Source: an uncultured Candidatus Saccharibacteria bacterium
GTDB lineage: Bacteria > Patescibacteriota > Minisyncoccia > Phycocordibacterales > UBA918
Reading direction: 5' to 3'
Assembly: GCA_964353135.1 (NCBI GenBank)
Contig: CAYGTV010000001.1
Location: 216,217-280,216, forward strand
Length of the DNA: 64,000 nucleotides
In this document: in pieces, positions 37,801-48,217 of the stretch
How positions within the stretch are numbered: position 1 is the stretch's first letter
Layout: each line of letters begins with the position of its first letter
Translations under genes and position numbers: made by a program
The notes under the pieces: model-generated
Seen by the model: the letters and a program-made list of their open reading frames with translations, nothing else
The model's database searches: none
What the model was told of the DNA's origin: nothing

Positions 37801-38415
37801 CTATCGACTGTAGTATTCCATCACCTGCTCTGGATCAAAGAGCGTCTCAGCCGGATTGTATACCGGGGCAGTTTTCATTTCTCCTTCCATCTTCTTTAGG
37901 TCAAACGTAACCCAAGCTGGCATTGCTGCCGCATCGTGAGTTTCGTTTAGACCTATAAATAGTACGCTTTGTCGACTTCCTTCTCGCACACTAATGATGT
38001 CACCCGGCTTCACCTTGTGTGAAGGGATTGTCATTTTCTTGCCGTTCACACAGAAATGACCGTGTGAAGACATTTGTCGCGACATTTGCCTCGATTTAGC
38101 TAGTCCCATTCGATACACAACGTTGTCGAGTCGTGACTCTAGACGGTCCATCAGTAAGGCAACGGGCTGGTTACTTTTTTCTACAGCTTCGTCGACATAT
38201 TTACGGAGCTGTTTTTCAGAGATTCCGTATGTAAATCGCATCTTTTGCTTTTCAGTAAGCTGACGTTTGTAGTCAGACATCTGTCCCGGTCGCCGACCGC
38301 GACGTTGGTTACCCATTGATCGCTGAAGAGACGCTTCAAACTTTGCAGTTTTTGTCTTTTCAAAGATTGGGGCTCCCAGTCGTTTCGCAATTTTGTATTT
38401 TGGTCCAATGATCAT
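37801..38415 (-). CDS. rpsD: 30S ribosomal protein S4
   Basis: QLTEKQKMRFTYG, LESRLDNVVYRMG. Confidence 0.97.
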   Translation of the reverse strand: MIIGPKYKIAKRLGAPIFEKTKTAKFEASLQRSMGNQRRGRRPGQMSDYKRQLTEKQKMRFTYGISEKQLRKYVDEAVEKSNQPVALLMDRLESRLDNVVYRMGLAKSRQMSRQMSSHGHFCVNGKKMTIPSHKVKPGDIISVREGSRQSVLFIGLNETHDAAAMPAWVTFDLKKMEGEMKTAPVYNPAETLFDPEQVMEYYSR

Positions 38416-38426
38416 AAGACTATAAA

Positions 38427-38858
38427 TTAAACACGTCGCGGCTTAGGAGCTCGCGGGCCATTAAATGGTACTGGTGTTCGGTCGGTGATCTTTGTGATTC
38501 CGATTCCTTGACCTGAGAAGGCTCGGAGGGCTGACTCTCGTCCCGCTCCAACTCCTCGTACAACTACTTCTGCTTCCTTCATTCCCATCTGCCCTGCTTT
38601 TTCACCGATGATTTCACCGACTTTTGCAGCTGCAAATGGTGTACTCTTTCGAGCACCTTTAAATCCTAGTGCACCAGACGATGCTGACATAACGGCGTTT
38701 CCTTTTGCATCACACAGTGTAAGTAGTGTGTTGTTGAAAGTTGCCAGGATATTCAGTTTTCCAATTGGAAGCTTTCGCTTTGGAATACGGTTTAGCGCAC
38801 GAGATGTTCCCGCTACGTCAGATCCGCCTGATTTTTTGACTGTTCGTTTTTTTCCCAT
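38427..38858 (-). CDS. rpsK: 30S ribosomal protein S11
   Basis: ATFNNT, GFKGARKSTPFAA, GAGRESALR. Confidence 0.97.
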   Translation of the reverse strand: MGKKRTVKKSGGSDVAGTSRALNRIPKRKLPIGKLNILATFNNTLLTLCDAKGNAVMSASSGALGFKGARKSTPFAAAKVGEIIGEKAGQMGMKEAEVVVRGVGAGRESALRAFSGQGIGITKITDRTPVPFNGPRAPKPRRV

Positions 38859-38893
38859 AGGTTAGTGACGAAAATTAATAAAGAGACGGACTG

Positions 38894-39271
38894 TTAAGTC
38901 TTCTCGAGCTTACGACGACCACTACCCATAGTTTTCTTCGCTCCTTTGAGTGTTCGGGCGTTTGTTTTGGTGTTTTGTCCACGCGCTGGGAGACCCTTTG
39001 CATGTCGTGAACCACGGTATGAGTTGATGTCTTTCAATCGTTTGATGTTTCCTGAAACTGTTCGTTTCAGTTCACCCTCGATTGTAAAGGCTTCAATTTT
39101 TTCGCGGATCGCGTTTTCTTGATCTGTGGTCAGATCGGTAGCCTTGGTGGTGTGCTCGACTCCGAGCTCATCCAAGATATTCTTTGAACGAGTAAGGCCA
39201 ATACCATACACAGCTGTAAGTGCGTACGATAGGTGCTTTTCGTCAGGAATGGTGATACCAGAAATTCGCAT
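38894..39271 (-). CDS. rpsM: 30S ribosomal protein S13
   Basis: VYGIG, YRGSRH..GLPARGQNTKTNART. Confidence 0.97.
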   Translation of the reverse strand: MRISGITIPDEKHLSYALTAVYGIGLTRSKNILDELGVEHTTKATDLTTDQENAIREKIEAFTIEGELKRTVSGNIKRLKDINSYRGSRHAKGLPARGQNTKTNARTLKGAKKTMGSGRRKLEKT

Positions 39272-39283
39272 AATGATAATTAA

Positions 39284-39397
39284 TTAGCCTTGACGCTGTT
39301 TGTGTCGGGGATTTTTACAGGTAACTCGAACTACGCCAGAGCGCTTTACTACCTGACAATCCTTACACATTGGTTTTACTGATGATTGTACTTTCAT
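39284..39397 (-). CDS. rpmJ: 50S ribosomal protein L36 (not in ORF track)
   Basis: [37 protein letters not shown]. Confidence 0.97.
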   Translation of the reverse strand: MKVQSSVKPMCKDCQVVKRSGVVRVTCKNPRHKQRQG

Positions 39398-39402
39398 AAT
39401 GA

Positions 39403-39630
39403 TTAGTTACGCTTAGTGATGCGTGCCTTTCCTCCATATGGATCGATAACTAGACCTACCTTGTCACCCACGAGAACGCGGATACGAAAGCGGCGCATGC
39501 GACCAGAGAGATACGCTAGCACTGGCTCAGGTTCCCCCTCTACGGTAACGCGAAAATGCGTGTTCGGTAACGCTTCTTCGACAATGCCGTATACGAGCTC
39601 CTCAGCTTCGGTGTTAGTATCTTGATCCAT
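39403..39630 (-). CDS. infA: Translation initiation factor IF-1
   Basis: [25 protein letters not shown]. Confidence 0.96.
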   Translation of the reverse strand: MDQDTNTEAEELVYGIVEEALPNTHFRVTVEGEPEPVLAYLSGRMRRFRIRVLVGDKVGLVIDPYGGKARITKRN

Positions 39631-39689
39631 TTGAACGGGGTGAGTGTATCAGACACCCATAGGTGCGTCAATACACACTCTTGGTACAA

Positions 39690-41045
39690 CTATTCAGCCG
39701 CTTCAACAATTTCAATTACTGTGATCTCGTCGGGGTTTTCAGGGAAGGTTCGCTGCCAGAAAGGGGTGACTTGAACTCGGGCGCGTTCGATACCTGGGTA
39801 GGCTGTAATAGCGTTAGAAATAGCTGTTTTTGGCAGTCCAGCGAGGTCTTTTTTAAGTTTTTCTGCATCATATTCCCAAATTAGTCGTGGTTTTCCAGTT
39901 AGGTTGAAAGTCAAAGAGTCAGCGTTTGCGATCACGCTATTACTAGTTGTGGCTGACGCGTACCTAAACGTTAACTGCGAAGGGTCGTCGACGCGTACCG
40001 GTCCACCTTCATAGGTAGCAACAGCTTCTTTGGCGATAAAGGTTCCAAAATCATCAGCTTTAAATAAAGGGATCTGTAGGACGGCTTGTTCGCGAATTGT
40101 TACTAGGTCCTGACCGTACTCAATGGCTGGTAGCTGATTATATGTGATTGCCACTGCTCCTGGAAAGGCAATCATGCCAGCTGGCTTGTTTGAATCGATC
40201 TTTTCTAGTAGTGCGTTACGTAGTTCAATTTGGATTGCTTGACGGGCTGTGTTTAGTTCACCTTCGTCGATCTGGAACTGAGGACCATCAAATCCGCCAG
40301 TCAGTGGAGCCGGGTTAGTAGCGGAAATAGACCTAAAGAGATCCATGAATCCGCCTTCTTCGAATCCTGGTATATCAAATCTGGTACCGGCTTGGAGGTT
40401 GTACTCTTCCCCGATCTCATCAGCAAATACTTCTGCCTGTATGGTGCCAGGATTACCATCGATCGCACCTGGAACAACGACAGATTCTTGGATTCGGTAC
40501 ACCAACCCACCTGGTGAGCGGAAACGGGTGTTCTTAATTAGTCGCTCTGCCCCTGGAGTACTTTTACTGATTTCAATGACGCCGGTTGCTTGTTCTTCGA
40601 TATTGATTGAGCCGGATGCCTGAACCTGGCTCTCTTTGGTCTCTTCTAGTGTCATAATCTCGTAGCTGAGCACACCGTCTGCTGGGGTCGCTACAGCTGT
40701 AAATTCAGCGTTGATATTTGGATCTCTAAACTCAGGATAGATCGTGAGCTCTGTCTTGCCAAGTAGACTACTGAGCAACGCTGCCGCACCAACTACAACC
40801 ACAAAAAATACAATGGCCAGCACCATTCTATTGCGCTCTTTTTTGGTGCCATCTTGAATAACAATTTGAGGACTTTCGTCACGCGGACGCATTGCCGGCC
40901 TAGGACGAAGCGACACATCATCAGAGCTGATCTCAATGTCACTCTCGACATCAGGACTGATAACATTACTCTTTTGAATAGGACGGCGTTTAGGACGTGC
41001 TTGTCCAGCTGGGCGAATATCCTGTAGGTTCCATTTTTGCGACAT
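39690..41045 (-). CDS. Membrane-anchored protein with baseplate-J-like domain
   Basis: Disordered N-terminus, one TM, NTRFRSPGG..YRI..VVVPG..VFADEIGEEYN, TGG motif. Confidence 0.6.
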   Translation of the reverse strand: MSQKWNLQDIRPAGQARPKRRPIQKSNVISPDVESDIEISSDDVSLRPRPAMRPRDESPQIVIQDGTKKERNRMVLAIVFFVVVVGAAALLSSLLGKTELTIYPEFRDPNINAEFTAVATPADGVLSYEIMTLEETKESQVQASGSINIEEQATGVIEISKSTPGAERLIKNTRFRSPGGLVYRIQESVVVPGAIDGNPGTIQAEVFADEIGEEYNLQAGTRFDIPGFEEGGFMDLFRSISATNPAPLTGGFDGPQFQIDEGELNTARQAIQIELRNALLEKIDSNKPAGMIAFPGAVAITYNQLPAIEYGQDLVTIREQAVLQIPLFKADDFGTFIAKEAVATYEGGPVRVDDPSQLTFRYASATTSNSVIANADSLTFNLTGKPRLIWEYDAEKLKKDLAGLPKTAISNAITAYPGIERARVQVTPFWQRTFPENPDEITVIEIVEAAE

Positions 41046-41063
41046 ATAGTTATAGTATAGCTT

Positions 41064-42236
41064 TTATAAGTACTCAAAAAAAGCTCGGTCTGCCTTTGTG
41101 TGGAAAAAGCGGCTAGCGATTGCGAGCGGTACATCATGATTTTTTGGGGTTTGTGGGTCAGGGTTTAGCAAATCTGGGGTTGTGACTGTTACCAAAACAT
41201 TTCCCTTGCTGGCTTCTTTTCCGGCTGCATCAATGATAGGTGCAAAAAAATCGGCTAGACCGGCGTCCGCTTCTAGGTAGACATGTTTTGGAATAGTGAG
41301 CCGGTCACCGGTTTCTTTGAATAGTTCAACTACGTGTGCTTGGTATGCTTCTAGAGTTGCCTTAATATCATCGTGTAATTCTTCTTGAGTGTGTAATGTG
41401 CGCATACTCGTAAATGCATCATGTAGTGGTAGTTTGGTTGCCTTTGCGATCTCTCGAGCTATAGATGCCCGACCAAAAGCGACATGTGTGCTGTACTGGA
41501 GTGCATTGTGTCTAACGATTCCTAGTTCTGTCGCCTCGTTTGTAATATCGACTAAACAGAAATCAACCCCTGTTGGCTGTAGCGCATCGGTCACATAATA
41601 ATTAGCCATCATAAAGGACGTAATTTCGAGATCAGCAGCAGGAACCAGCTTTTGTTGCATGTCGGTAAGACTTGCAACAATCTCTTCCCTAATCAGGGTG
41701 CTGACATGTGTGACACTGAGGTGTTGAGCGGTCTGTTTGTTAGGGGTTGCTACCCGGTATCCATTGGCGTGTGTATCGAGAATCGTTCGACTGGTTTCTT
41801 GCACACCCAGGTCCTTGAGTGGATGCTTCTCTTCAAATTCATCCATTGCTTGGTCTGCCGCAGTGGTGGCTAGTTGCTTGAGTAGCTCTTGGGTAATAAC
41901 AAACGGTTCATCCTTTTCGAATTTCACTGTCCTAGCAACTGTGTATGACCAGGGTGCACTGATGGTGGCCTGTACAGTGGTAATCTTGGCCCGTTTGTTG
42001 TGAGCTGCCAAAGCAGAACGTCCTTCCCCTTCAAAGGCCATCATGACGTTCATGATGGCTGTAACCACTGCTTTACTACTCTCTCCAACTGATTCGGTGA
42101 CCTTGAGTGGAGTGTGTTCTCGGTGTGTCCAAATCGGTCCGTCTCCTGGTGTAGGTGCAACAATAGCCAGACCGACACTGCCAGAACCAACGTCAATCAA
42201 AAGAGCATATCCACTACTGGATTTCCGAGAAAACAT
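41064..42236 (-). CDS. Divergent FtsA/actin-fold protein
   Basis: IDVGSGSV, NGY, LVDITNEATE, AFG motifs. Confidence 0.6.
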   Translation of the reverse strand: MFSRKSSSGYALLIDVGSGSVGLAIVAPTPGDGPIWTHREHTPLKVTESVGESSKAVVTAIMNVMMAFEGEGRSALAAHNKRAKITTVQATISAPWSYTVARTVKFEKDEPFVITQELLKQLATTAADQAMDEFEEKHPLKDLGVQETSRTILDTHANGYRVATPNKQTAQHLSVTHVSTLIREEIVASLTDMQQKLVPAADLEITSFMMANYYVTDALQPTGVDFCLVDITNEATELGIVRHNALQYSTHVAFGRASIAREIAKATKLPLHDAFTSMRTLHTQEELHDDIKATLEAYQAHVVELFKETGDRLTIPKHVYLEADAGLADFFAPIIDAAGKEASKGNVLVTVTTPDLLNPDPQTPKNHDVPLAIASRFFHTKADRAFFEYL

Positions 42237-42340
42237 ATAGCTCTAGTATAGCAACCGTAAACATAAGTTGCTGGCACTCATGTTGTTAAGTGGGGACGAG
42301 TTTGGTATGTTGAGAAAAGTTCTTTGAGGGGAGATGTAGT

Positions 42341-42610
42341 ATGCTTCTAGTAAACGTAGTGTTTGCAGTTGTTGTTGGTTTTATTATGTATGGCTTTATT
42401 TTGCTGTGCACTATTGCTGTAGGCTGGATTGGAATTCACATGCTTTGGCTACATTGGAAACTAAAATATCCAATATTACCGTACTGGATTGCTGTTAAGG
42501 TGATCTATGAAGCGTTTCTTGGATTTTATGTTGAGCGGATGCATGACGCACTTCTTGGAGCCGGTGTGGCAGTCACCATATTTACTTTCGTCATACTAAG
42601 TTTTACCTAA
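42341..42610 (+). CDS. Membrane hypothetical protein, SD-led mini-cassette G (89 aa)
   Basis: TTGTTA-17-TATGTT, GAGGGGAG 7 nt before ATG, terminator 42608-42638. Confidence 0.65.
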   Translation: MLLVNVVFAVVVGFIMYGFILLCTIAVGWIGIHMLWLHWKLKYPILPYWIAVKVIYEAFLGFYVERMHDALLGAGVAVTIFTFVILSFT

Positions 42611-42652
42611 AGGGCGAGTCTCGTTGTCTCGCCCTTTACGCTATTTGATGAG

Positions 42653-44599
42653 TTAATTTCCAGTCAGTATAGCTTTAATTCGTCGCACTCCAGCAGAAGA
42701 TGATTCTTCTTTTTTGATTTTGAATGTCTTGCCGGCGAATTCTGAGAAGTCTTGGACATGTGGTCCACCACATAGTTCACGGCTATAGATGGTTCCATCT
42801 GGTGCAGTCATGCTGTACACCTTTACCTCGTCTGGGTACCGATCCCAGAAGCTCGCCTCGATGGTTTGGTCGGCCTGGGCGGCGTCTTTGGTCATCATGT
42901 CGATGGTCACTTGCCCACCTTTTTGCATTGCTGCATTGACCCACTCTTCAATCTGGTCGAGCATATCTCGTTCCACTTTTTCACCGTGGGTAAAGTCAAA
43001 TCGCATTCTTTCACCAGTGATATTACTCCCTGCTTGGTGTACATGATCGCCCAGGAAGTGGCGTAGCGCTGCTAGGAGTAAGTGAGTAGCAGTGTGGTAC
43101 TGAACAACAATCTCTGAACTATCGGCTAGCCCACCTTTGAATTTTTGTTCAGCTCCAGCTCGTGAGAGTGCACGGTGTTCTTCCATTAGTTTTTCGAATC
43201 CTTTAGTATCGACTACCAGACCTTTCTCTTCTGCAATTTCTTCAGTCAGTTCGATCGGGAAACCGTATGTCGTAAATAGGTCAAACGCATTTTGAGCACT
43301 GATTGATTTAACTCCAGTGGTTTTTAGTTTCTCTCCAGTAGCCTTAGCCTGTGCTAGTTCTTCTTTGGTGACATGAACCTGGAGTGAAATTTTGTTGAAC
43401 TGCTTGAGTCCGTTTTCTAGTGTCTTTCGAAACTGTGTTTCTTCCCCACTGATAGCAGCAATAATTTCTGCTTGTTGGGTACCAAGGTTGGTGTAGTGAT
43501 CTTTGTATGAGTTGATCACGCTCTTTGCAAGGTTGGCAAATTCTCCGGCTGGGACTTCTAGCATGTCAGCAAAACGCACTGCTCGACGCAGGAGTCGTCG
43601 CACAAAATACCCTTGTTCTGTATTTCCAGGTAGGACGCCATCTCCGATCATAAACACTGCTCCCCGGATGTGGTCGGTAATCACCCGGAACGCTTCGAGA
43701 TTGTCTTCGTATTTCTTACCTGATAGTTCCTGGATCTGCTCGATCACTGTCCATAGTAAGTCGACTCTGTACACGTCTGGTGAGTTGATTGCTGCTGCCG
43801 CAATTCGCTCTAGCCCCCCACCAAAGTCGATGTTTTTGGCTGGCAGTGGTTCAAAACCGGATTCAGTTTTGATGTATTCCATAAACACACTGTTGCCGAT
43901 TTCCATAAACCGACCACAGTCGCAGGCCGGGTGACAGTGTTCGCCGTACTTTGTGTCATGTTCGGTCCCAAAGTCATAAAACATTTCACTGTCTCCCCCG
44001 CCGATTTCACCAACCGGCATGTTTTCTGGTACTCCAGCCCGGCTCCACCAGTTTTCTTTGGCGTTGTAGTAGAAAATCCGCTCGCCGTCTTTCATTCCGC
44101 GAACAGCTGCATCTGAAGCTGAACCCATTTCTCCAACCCCGTTAGTAACCCCACGTTCAGCGAGGACTGATTGCCACAATTCTACTGCTTCGGTGTCTTT
44201 TGGTACTCCAGCCGTCTCATCACCAATAAACGCCGTAACGTAGAATTTTTGCGGGTCTAGACCTACTTCATCGAGGTAGAAGGAAGCAATCCAAGGAATC
44301 TGCTCGGCTTTGAAATAGTCACCCAGTGACCAGTTGCCAAGCATTTCAAAAAATGTGGTGTGACTCGTGTCGCCCACTTCGTCGATGTCCTCGGCCCGGA
44401 AACATTTTTGGCTGTCAGTGATGCGAGTGCCTTTTGGGTGAGTTTCTCCCATTAGATAGGGCACCAGTGGTTGCATTCCACTGCCGGTAAATAGTGTGGT
44501 TGGGTCGTTTTCTGGTACGAGCGCACTAGAAGGAACCACGGCGTGGCCGTTTTTCTCCATGAATGCTAAGTATTTCGCTCGGATTTCGTTTCCTGTCAT
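42653..44599 (-). CDS. alaS: Alanine--tRNA ligase lacking the C-Ala domain
   Basis: HTTFFEMLGNWSLGDYFK, HTATHLL, ELCGGPHV; ends after GVRRIKA. Confidence 0.95.
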   Translation of the reverse strand: MTGNEIRAKYLAFMEKNGHAVVPSSALVPENDPTTLFTGSGMQPLVPYLMGETHPKGTRITDSQKCFRAEDIDEVGDTSHTTFFEMLGNWSLGDYFKAEQIPWIASFYLDEVGLDPQKFYVTAFIGDETAGVPKDTEAVELWQSVLAERGVTNGVGEMGSASDAAVRGMKDGERIFYYNAKENWWSRAGVPENMPVGEIGGGDSEMFYDFGTEHDTKYGEHCHPACDCGRFMEIGNSVFMEYIKTESGFEPLPAKNIDFGGGLERIAAAAINSPDVYRVDLLWTVIEQIQELSGKKYEDNLEAFRVITDHIRGAVFMIGDGVLPGNTEQGYFVRRLLRRAVRFADMLEVPAGEFANLAKSVINSYKDHYTNLGTQQAEIIAAISGEETQFRKTLENGLKQFNKISLQVHVTKEELAQAKATGEKLKTTGVKSISAQNAFDLFTTYGFPIELTEEIAEEKGLVVDTKGFEKLMEEHRALSRAGAEQKFKGGLADSSEIVVQYHTATHLLLAALRHFLGDHVHQAGSNITGERMRFDFTHGEKVERDMLDQIEEWVNAAMQKGGQVTIDMMTKDAAQADQTIEASFWDRYPDEVKVYSMTAPDGTIYSRELCGGPHVQDFSEFAGKTFKIKKEESSSAGVRRIKAILTGN

Positions 44600-44740
44600 T
44601 AAATAAAAATGAGTGTAACGATTATTTTGAATTTACGTCCCAATTTCGGCCTTAGGTCAGGACGGAATTGCTAGACGTATCCAACGGTCATCGTTTATTA
44701 ATAAGTGTTTAATATAGCAAAAATGCCGAAAAAGCAAAGG

Positions 44741-45013
44741 CTAAATCGCTCCTCCAAGCATTGCAGCACACTCTGCTCCTTCACAAGTAATCAAGGCATC
44801 AAAACCACCTAACCCGTAGACTTCCAAGAAATACCCAATGACGATTAGAAGTAGTGCTATAACTGTGATCAAAGTTTCGCGATGAAACGCTCTCACCACT
44901 TCTTCATCAATACTTCGTTCAGTGGCCATGGTGATATGGACCCAGATTATAGCTAAGCCCAGCATTCCTTTCCCGATAACACTCATCGTCATTCCTAAAA
45001 ATAGTAAACTCAT
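44741..45013 (-). CDS. Small membrane protein
   Basis: 2 TM; TATAAT 9 nt before ATG. Confidence 0.65.
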   Translation of the reverse strand: MSLLFLGMTMSVIGKGMLGLAIIWVHITMATERSIDEEVVRAFHRETLITVIALLLIVIGYFLEVYGLGGFDALITCEGAECAAMLGGAI

Positions 45014-45057
45014 ATGGTCAAGATTATAACATCAAATAGTGTGGGGGCTATAAGTAA

Positions 45058-46347
45058 TTAGAGTTTTTTGCTCAATGCCACTAGTTCTTTTTCCACCAGT
45101 TTGGTTGGACCTGCTGCACTGATCGCCATACGCTTGGGGTCAAGGTATTTAACAATGGCAGCGTTGACTTCTTTTCTAGTCACGGTTTGTAAAGCTGATT
45201 CATATGAAGTCATCTCATCAAGTGAGAAACCAAGTTTATTGAATTCGTGTAAAACACGAATGCTAGATACCGGCGAATCGTTCTTCATGATGGATTGAGT
45301 TTCCATGATTGTTTTAAAGTATGAATGTTCGGCTTCAGTGATCCCCTTGGCGTGCATTTTTTTGATTTCTCTGAAAGTTGACTGTAGTCCCTGCGAAACT
45401 TGCTTAGGGCTAAAGAAGGTCTCAATTCTAAAGTAACCCGTCTGTGTTTGATTGTAGCCCTCTAGTTTTCCGTATATTCCATAGGTAAGCCCCTCTTGTT
45501 CCCGCACTATACTCATCAGTCGTCCAGCAAACCCACCCCACTTTGCTAGTACTGAAACCCCAAACACTAATGCTGGAAATTCCCTGTCTCCCGGTTTGAG
45601 CGCAACTGGATAGCCGATCTGCACATCAAGGTTTTGTCTACTTGGAACGTCGTGCAGTAAAAGTTTCTCCGCCTTTGGTATCAGGCTGGTTGTGAGTGTC
45701 TCTTGGTCTGATTTGTCGACGATTTTCTGGGCTAGTCTGGTGACTAGCTTGTCAAAACTCAAGCATGCTGCCTTGTCACCGGTAATAGAAGCGGTCCAGG
45801 ACTTTGCATACATTCGACCAAACATCTCTTTAGCATCTTTGTTTGTTAGGGTAGATAGTTTTAATTGCACAGTCTCTACCTGATCGCACGCCCTCCTGTC
45901 TGGCACTTTGTAGAAATTGTTTCTAAACGCATTAAAGGCGACTGCTTTTGAGTCCTCTTTTTCGTCGTGCAGGTTATTGAACGCCAGTTTTACAGCACGC
46001 TTTAGTTCTTTTGTCGGAAATACTGGTTCAGTTAATATATCGTGTACTAGAGACATTGTTTTGTTCCAGTTTCGCTTTGTTCCACTGATCTCAACCGTTA
46101 GCACTCCGTCGCTAACACGCACAGCTATAGAAGAACCCAGGCTATTGGTTTTATCTAATAATTCTTCTCTGGTCAGGTTTTTTGTTCCTGATAGCAGTAG
46201 GTCGCCAAAGCACTCAAACATTGCTTGATCTTGGATTGAATTTTGCTGGTGCAGATCAACACTGATAATACCCTTTGCTATAGGACAATCTGAAATCTCG
46301 ATACGAGCCAGTCTTACATTTGGTTTTGTTTCAATTGTTTTTATCAT
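45058..46347 (-). CDS. M16 peptidase non-catalytic subunit
   Basis: GGFAGRLMSIVREQEGLTYG (R-Y pair); no HxxEH. Confidence 0.85.
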   Translation of the reverse strand: MIKTIETKPNVRLARIEISDCPIAKGIISVDLHQQNSIQDQAMFECFGDLLLSGTKNLTREELLDKTNSLGSSIAVRVSDGVLTVEISGTKRNWNKTMSLVHDILTEPVFPTKELKRAVKLAFNNLHDEKEDSKAVAFNAFRNNFYKVPDRRACDQVETVQLKLSTLTNKDAKEMFGRMYAKSWTASITGDKAACLSFDKLVTRLAQKIVDKSDQETLTTSLIPKAEKLLLHDVPSRQNLDVQIGYPVALKPGDREFPALVFGVSVLAKWGGFAGRLMSIVREQEGLTYGIYGKLEGYNQTQTGYFRIETFFSPKQVSQGLQSTFREIKKMHAKGITEAEHSYFKTIMETQSIMKNDSPVSSIRVLHEFNKLGFSLDEMTSYESALQTVTRKEVNAAIVKYLDPKRMAISAAGPTKLVEKELVALSKKL

Positions 46348-47627
46348 ACGGATCGGTAGAAACCAGTAGTTAGGCTATTTGGGTCAAAAAGAGTCTGAAT
46401 CATTGTGTGCACCTGGTCAGCTGTAACTTTTTCAATATTCTTTTGCATGTTTGTGAATTGGTCGAGGGCATTGCATGCGACGTACTCTGTCAGTTCGGCT
46501 GCAACTCCAAGTGACGTAGAGCGACTAAAGGCTTTTTCGGTTACCAGCTTTACTTGTTCTTTTTTTAGAAGTTTTGCAATCTGTTTGACGTCGATGGTTT
46601 TCAGCTCTTGTTTGATTAGGTCGATCACTTTTTCATGAGTCACGCCTGCTGCCAGTCGTATAAAAAGCATACCCGCATTCCTGTGTGCAGTTGGAAACAA
46701 AATGCTATCAAGGCTGCTGACCAAACCATTGTCTACTAGCTTTGTGTGCAAAATACTTTCAGGTCCGTCTGCAATGACTTTGAGCGCTAGGTCAGCTGTG
46801 TACCAGTCTTGCTCGGGGAAAGCAGCACATACAAACCCAAACCCAAGAATGTTCGTTGTGCCTGGTCTCGTGATCGTTACGCTCCTAGGGCCCGTTATTG
46901 CCGGTTCTCGGGCGGTCTCGCGGTGTATGTTTGCTACTTTGTTTTTCTTTGCACCAAACATTTTATCGGCGTGCAATAGCGCTTCTTCTGCCGATAGGTC
47001 ACCTATAAGCATCAGGGTAGCGTTGTTTGGTTGGTAGTACATTTCGTAGAACCTTTGTAACTTGTCTGTAGTGTAATCCTCAATATCTTCACGAAAACCG
47101 ATCACCTCATGGTCGTAGGCATGAGACAAAAAGGTTGCGCTACGCATGGCTACCTCGAGTGCAAAATACGGGTCCCCGTTATACATATCAAATTCACTCA
47201 GAACGTTACCTCGTTCAGGTTGAAATTGTTTGTCATCTAGTACTACATCTTGCATTCGCTCTGCCTCTAGCTTTAGCACCTGTCTTAGATACTTTTTTGG
47301 ATAGGCTAAGTAGTATGTTGTTCGATCGTAGGCCGTATTGGCATTTAGTGTGGCGCCAGTTTCTCGTTCAAACTTCATGACAGAACCAGCTAGAATACCT
47401 TTGCGCAGGTCTTGTTTTGTTGGTTTAAAGAGCATGTGTTCCAGCATGTGGGCTAGACCACTCTCTCCACGCCTCTCGTCTACTGAACCAACTTTGTATG
47501 TAATATTTGATGTAATAACCCCGGTTCCTGCAATTGGGTAATGAACCAAAGTCAGATTATTTTTGTTGTGAGTATAGACAGTAAAAGCCGCATATTCAGT
47601 TTGCTTTGTAAAATTATGATTCGCCAT
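46344..47627 (-). CDS. M16 zinc peptidase catalytic subunit
   Basis: GLAHMLEHMLFK, NANT..DRTTY, ERGNVLSE; start set at ATG 47627. Confidence 0.9.
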   Translation of the reverse strand: MANHNFTKQTEYAAFTVYTHNKNNLTLVHYPIAGTGVITSNITYKVGSVDERRGESGLAHMLEHMLFKPTKQDLRKGILAGSVMKFERETGATLNANTAYDRTTYYLAYPKKYLRQVLKLEAERMQDVVLDDKQFQPERGNVLSEFDMYNGDPYFALEVAMRSATFLSHAYDHEVIGFREDIEDYTTDKLQRFYEMYYQPNNATLMLIGDLSAEEALLHADKMFGAKKNKVANIHRETAREPAITGPRSVTITRPGTTNILGFGFVCAAFPEQDWYTADLALKVIADGPESILHTKLVDNGLVSSLDSILFPTAHRNAGMLFIRLAAGVTHEKVIDLIKQELKTIDVKQIAKLLKKEQVKLVTEKAFSRSTSLGVAAELTEYVACNALDQFTNMQKNIEKVTADQVHTMIQTLFDPNSLTTGFYRSV

Positions 47628-48210
47628 CTTTGCTTGTTTTGACATCGAGAATGAATTGTTTATAGGCATCAAACGTGTGGTTGAACTCGTGCACTATACC
47701 ATCTTTGAGACGGCTGTTGATTGAATTTGAGATAGCTTGGTACGCGTCCAACCGGTCTTCTAATCGTTTGCCAAAATCCTGCATAAACCGATTGTGGTCA
47801 GCGTGATATTCCTCTACTACACTGCGAAAATTATGAGCCTTGTCAGCGGCAGCAATCATGACAGCTTGTTGTGGTCCGTTTTTTATCTGTTTGGCGTATC
47901 GTAGTTTACTTTCGAGCCAATTGTCTGTCCCAGGTCCTGCATGTTTGGGTTCAGTGAGACAAACAACTATTTCAGTGACTGTTTCACCAAAATCAATTGT
48001 CATTTCTGCGGCTGCGTAATCTGTGTCTTCTAAGGTGTCATGTAAAAGTGCAGCGACAAGGGTGTCTTCGTCATTGGTGTAGTCTCTTAAAATGAGCGTC
48101 ACTGCCATTAGGTGCGTCACATAAGGAATCGGAACCGCTCCTTTGCGCATATGATCCTGGTGCAACACTGCGGCTGCTTGGATGGCCTGTTCAACTTTGA
48201 ACGTATACAT
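47614..48210 (-). CDS. HD-domain protein, Mesh1/small alarmone hydrolase-like
   Basis: HQDHMRK..PYVTHL, AALLHDTLEDT, ADKAHN. Confidence 0.8.
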   Translation of the reverse strand: MYTFKVEQAIQAAAVLHQDHMRKGAVPIPYVTHLMAVTLILRDYTNDEDTLVAALLHDTLEDTDYAAAEMTIDFGETVTEIVVCLTEPKHAGPGTDNWLESKLRYAKQIKNGPQQAVMIAAADKAHNFRSVVEEYHADHNRFMQDFGKRLEDRLDAYQAISNSINSRLKDGIVHEFNHTFDAYKQFILDVKTSKDGES

Positions 48211-48217
48211 AGTCCTT

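Noticed and set aside
39690-41045. Prophage inferred from the baseplate-like protein
   Set aside because: No other phage genes; embedded among core genes.
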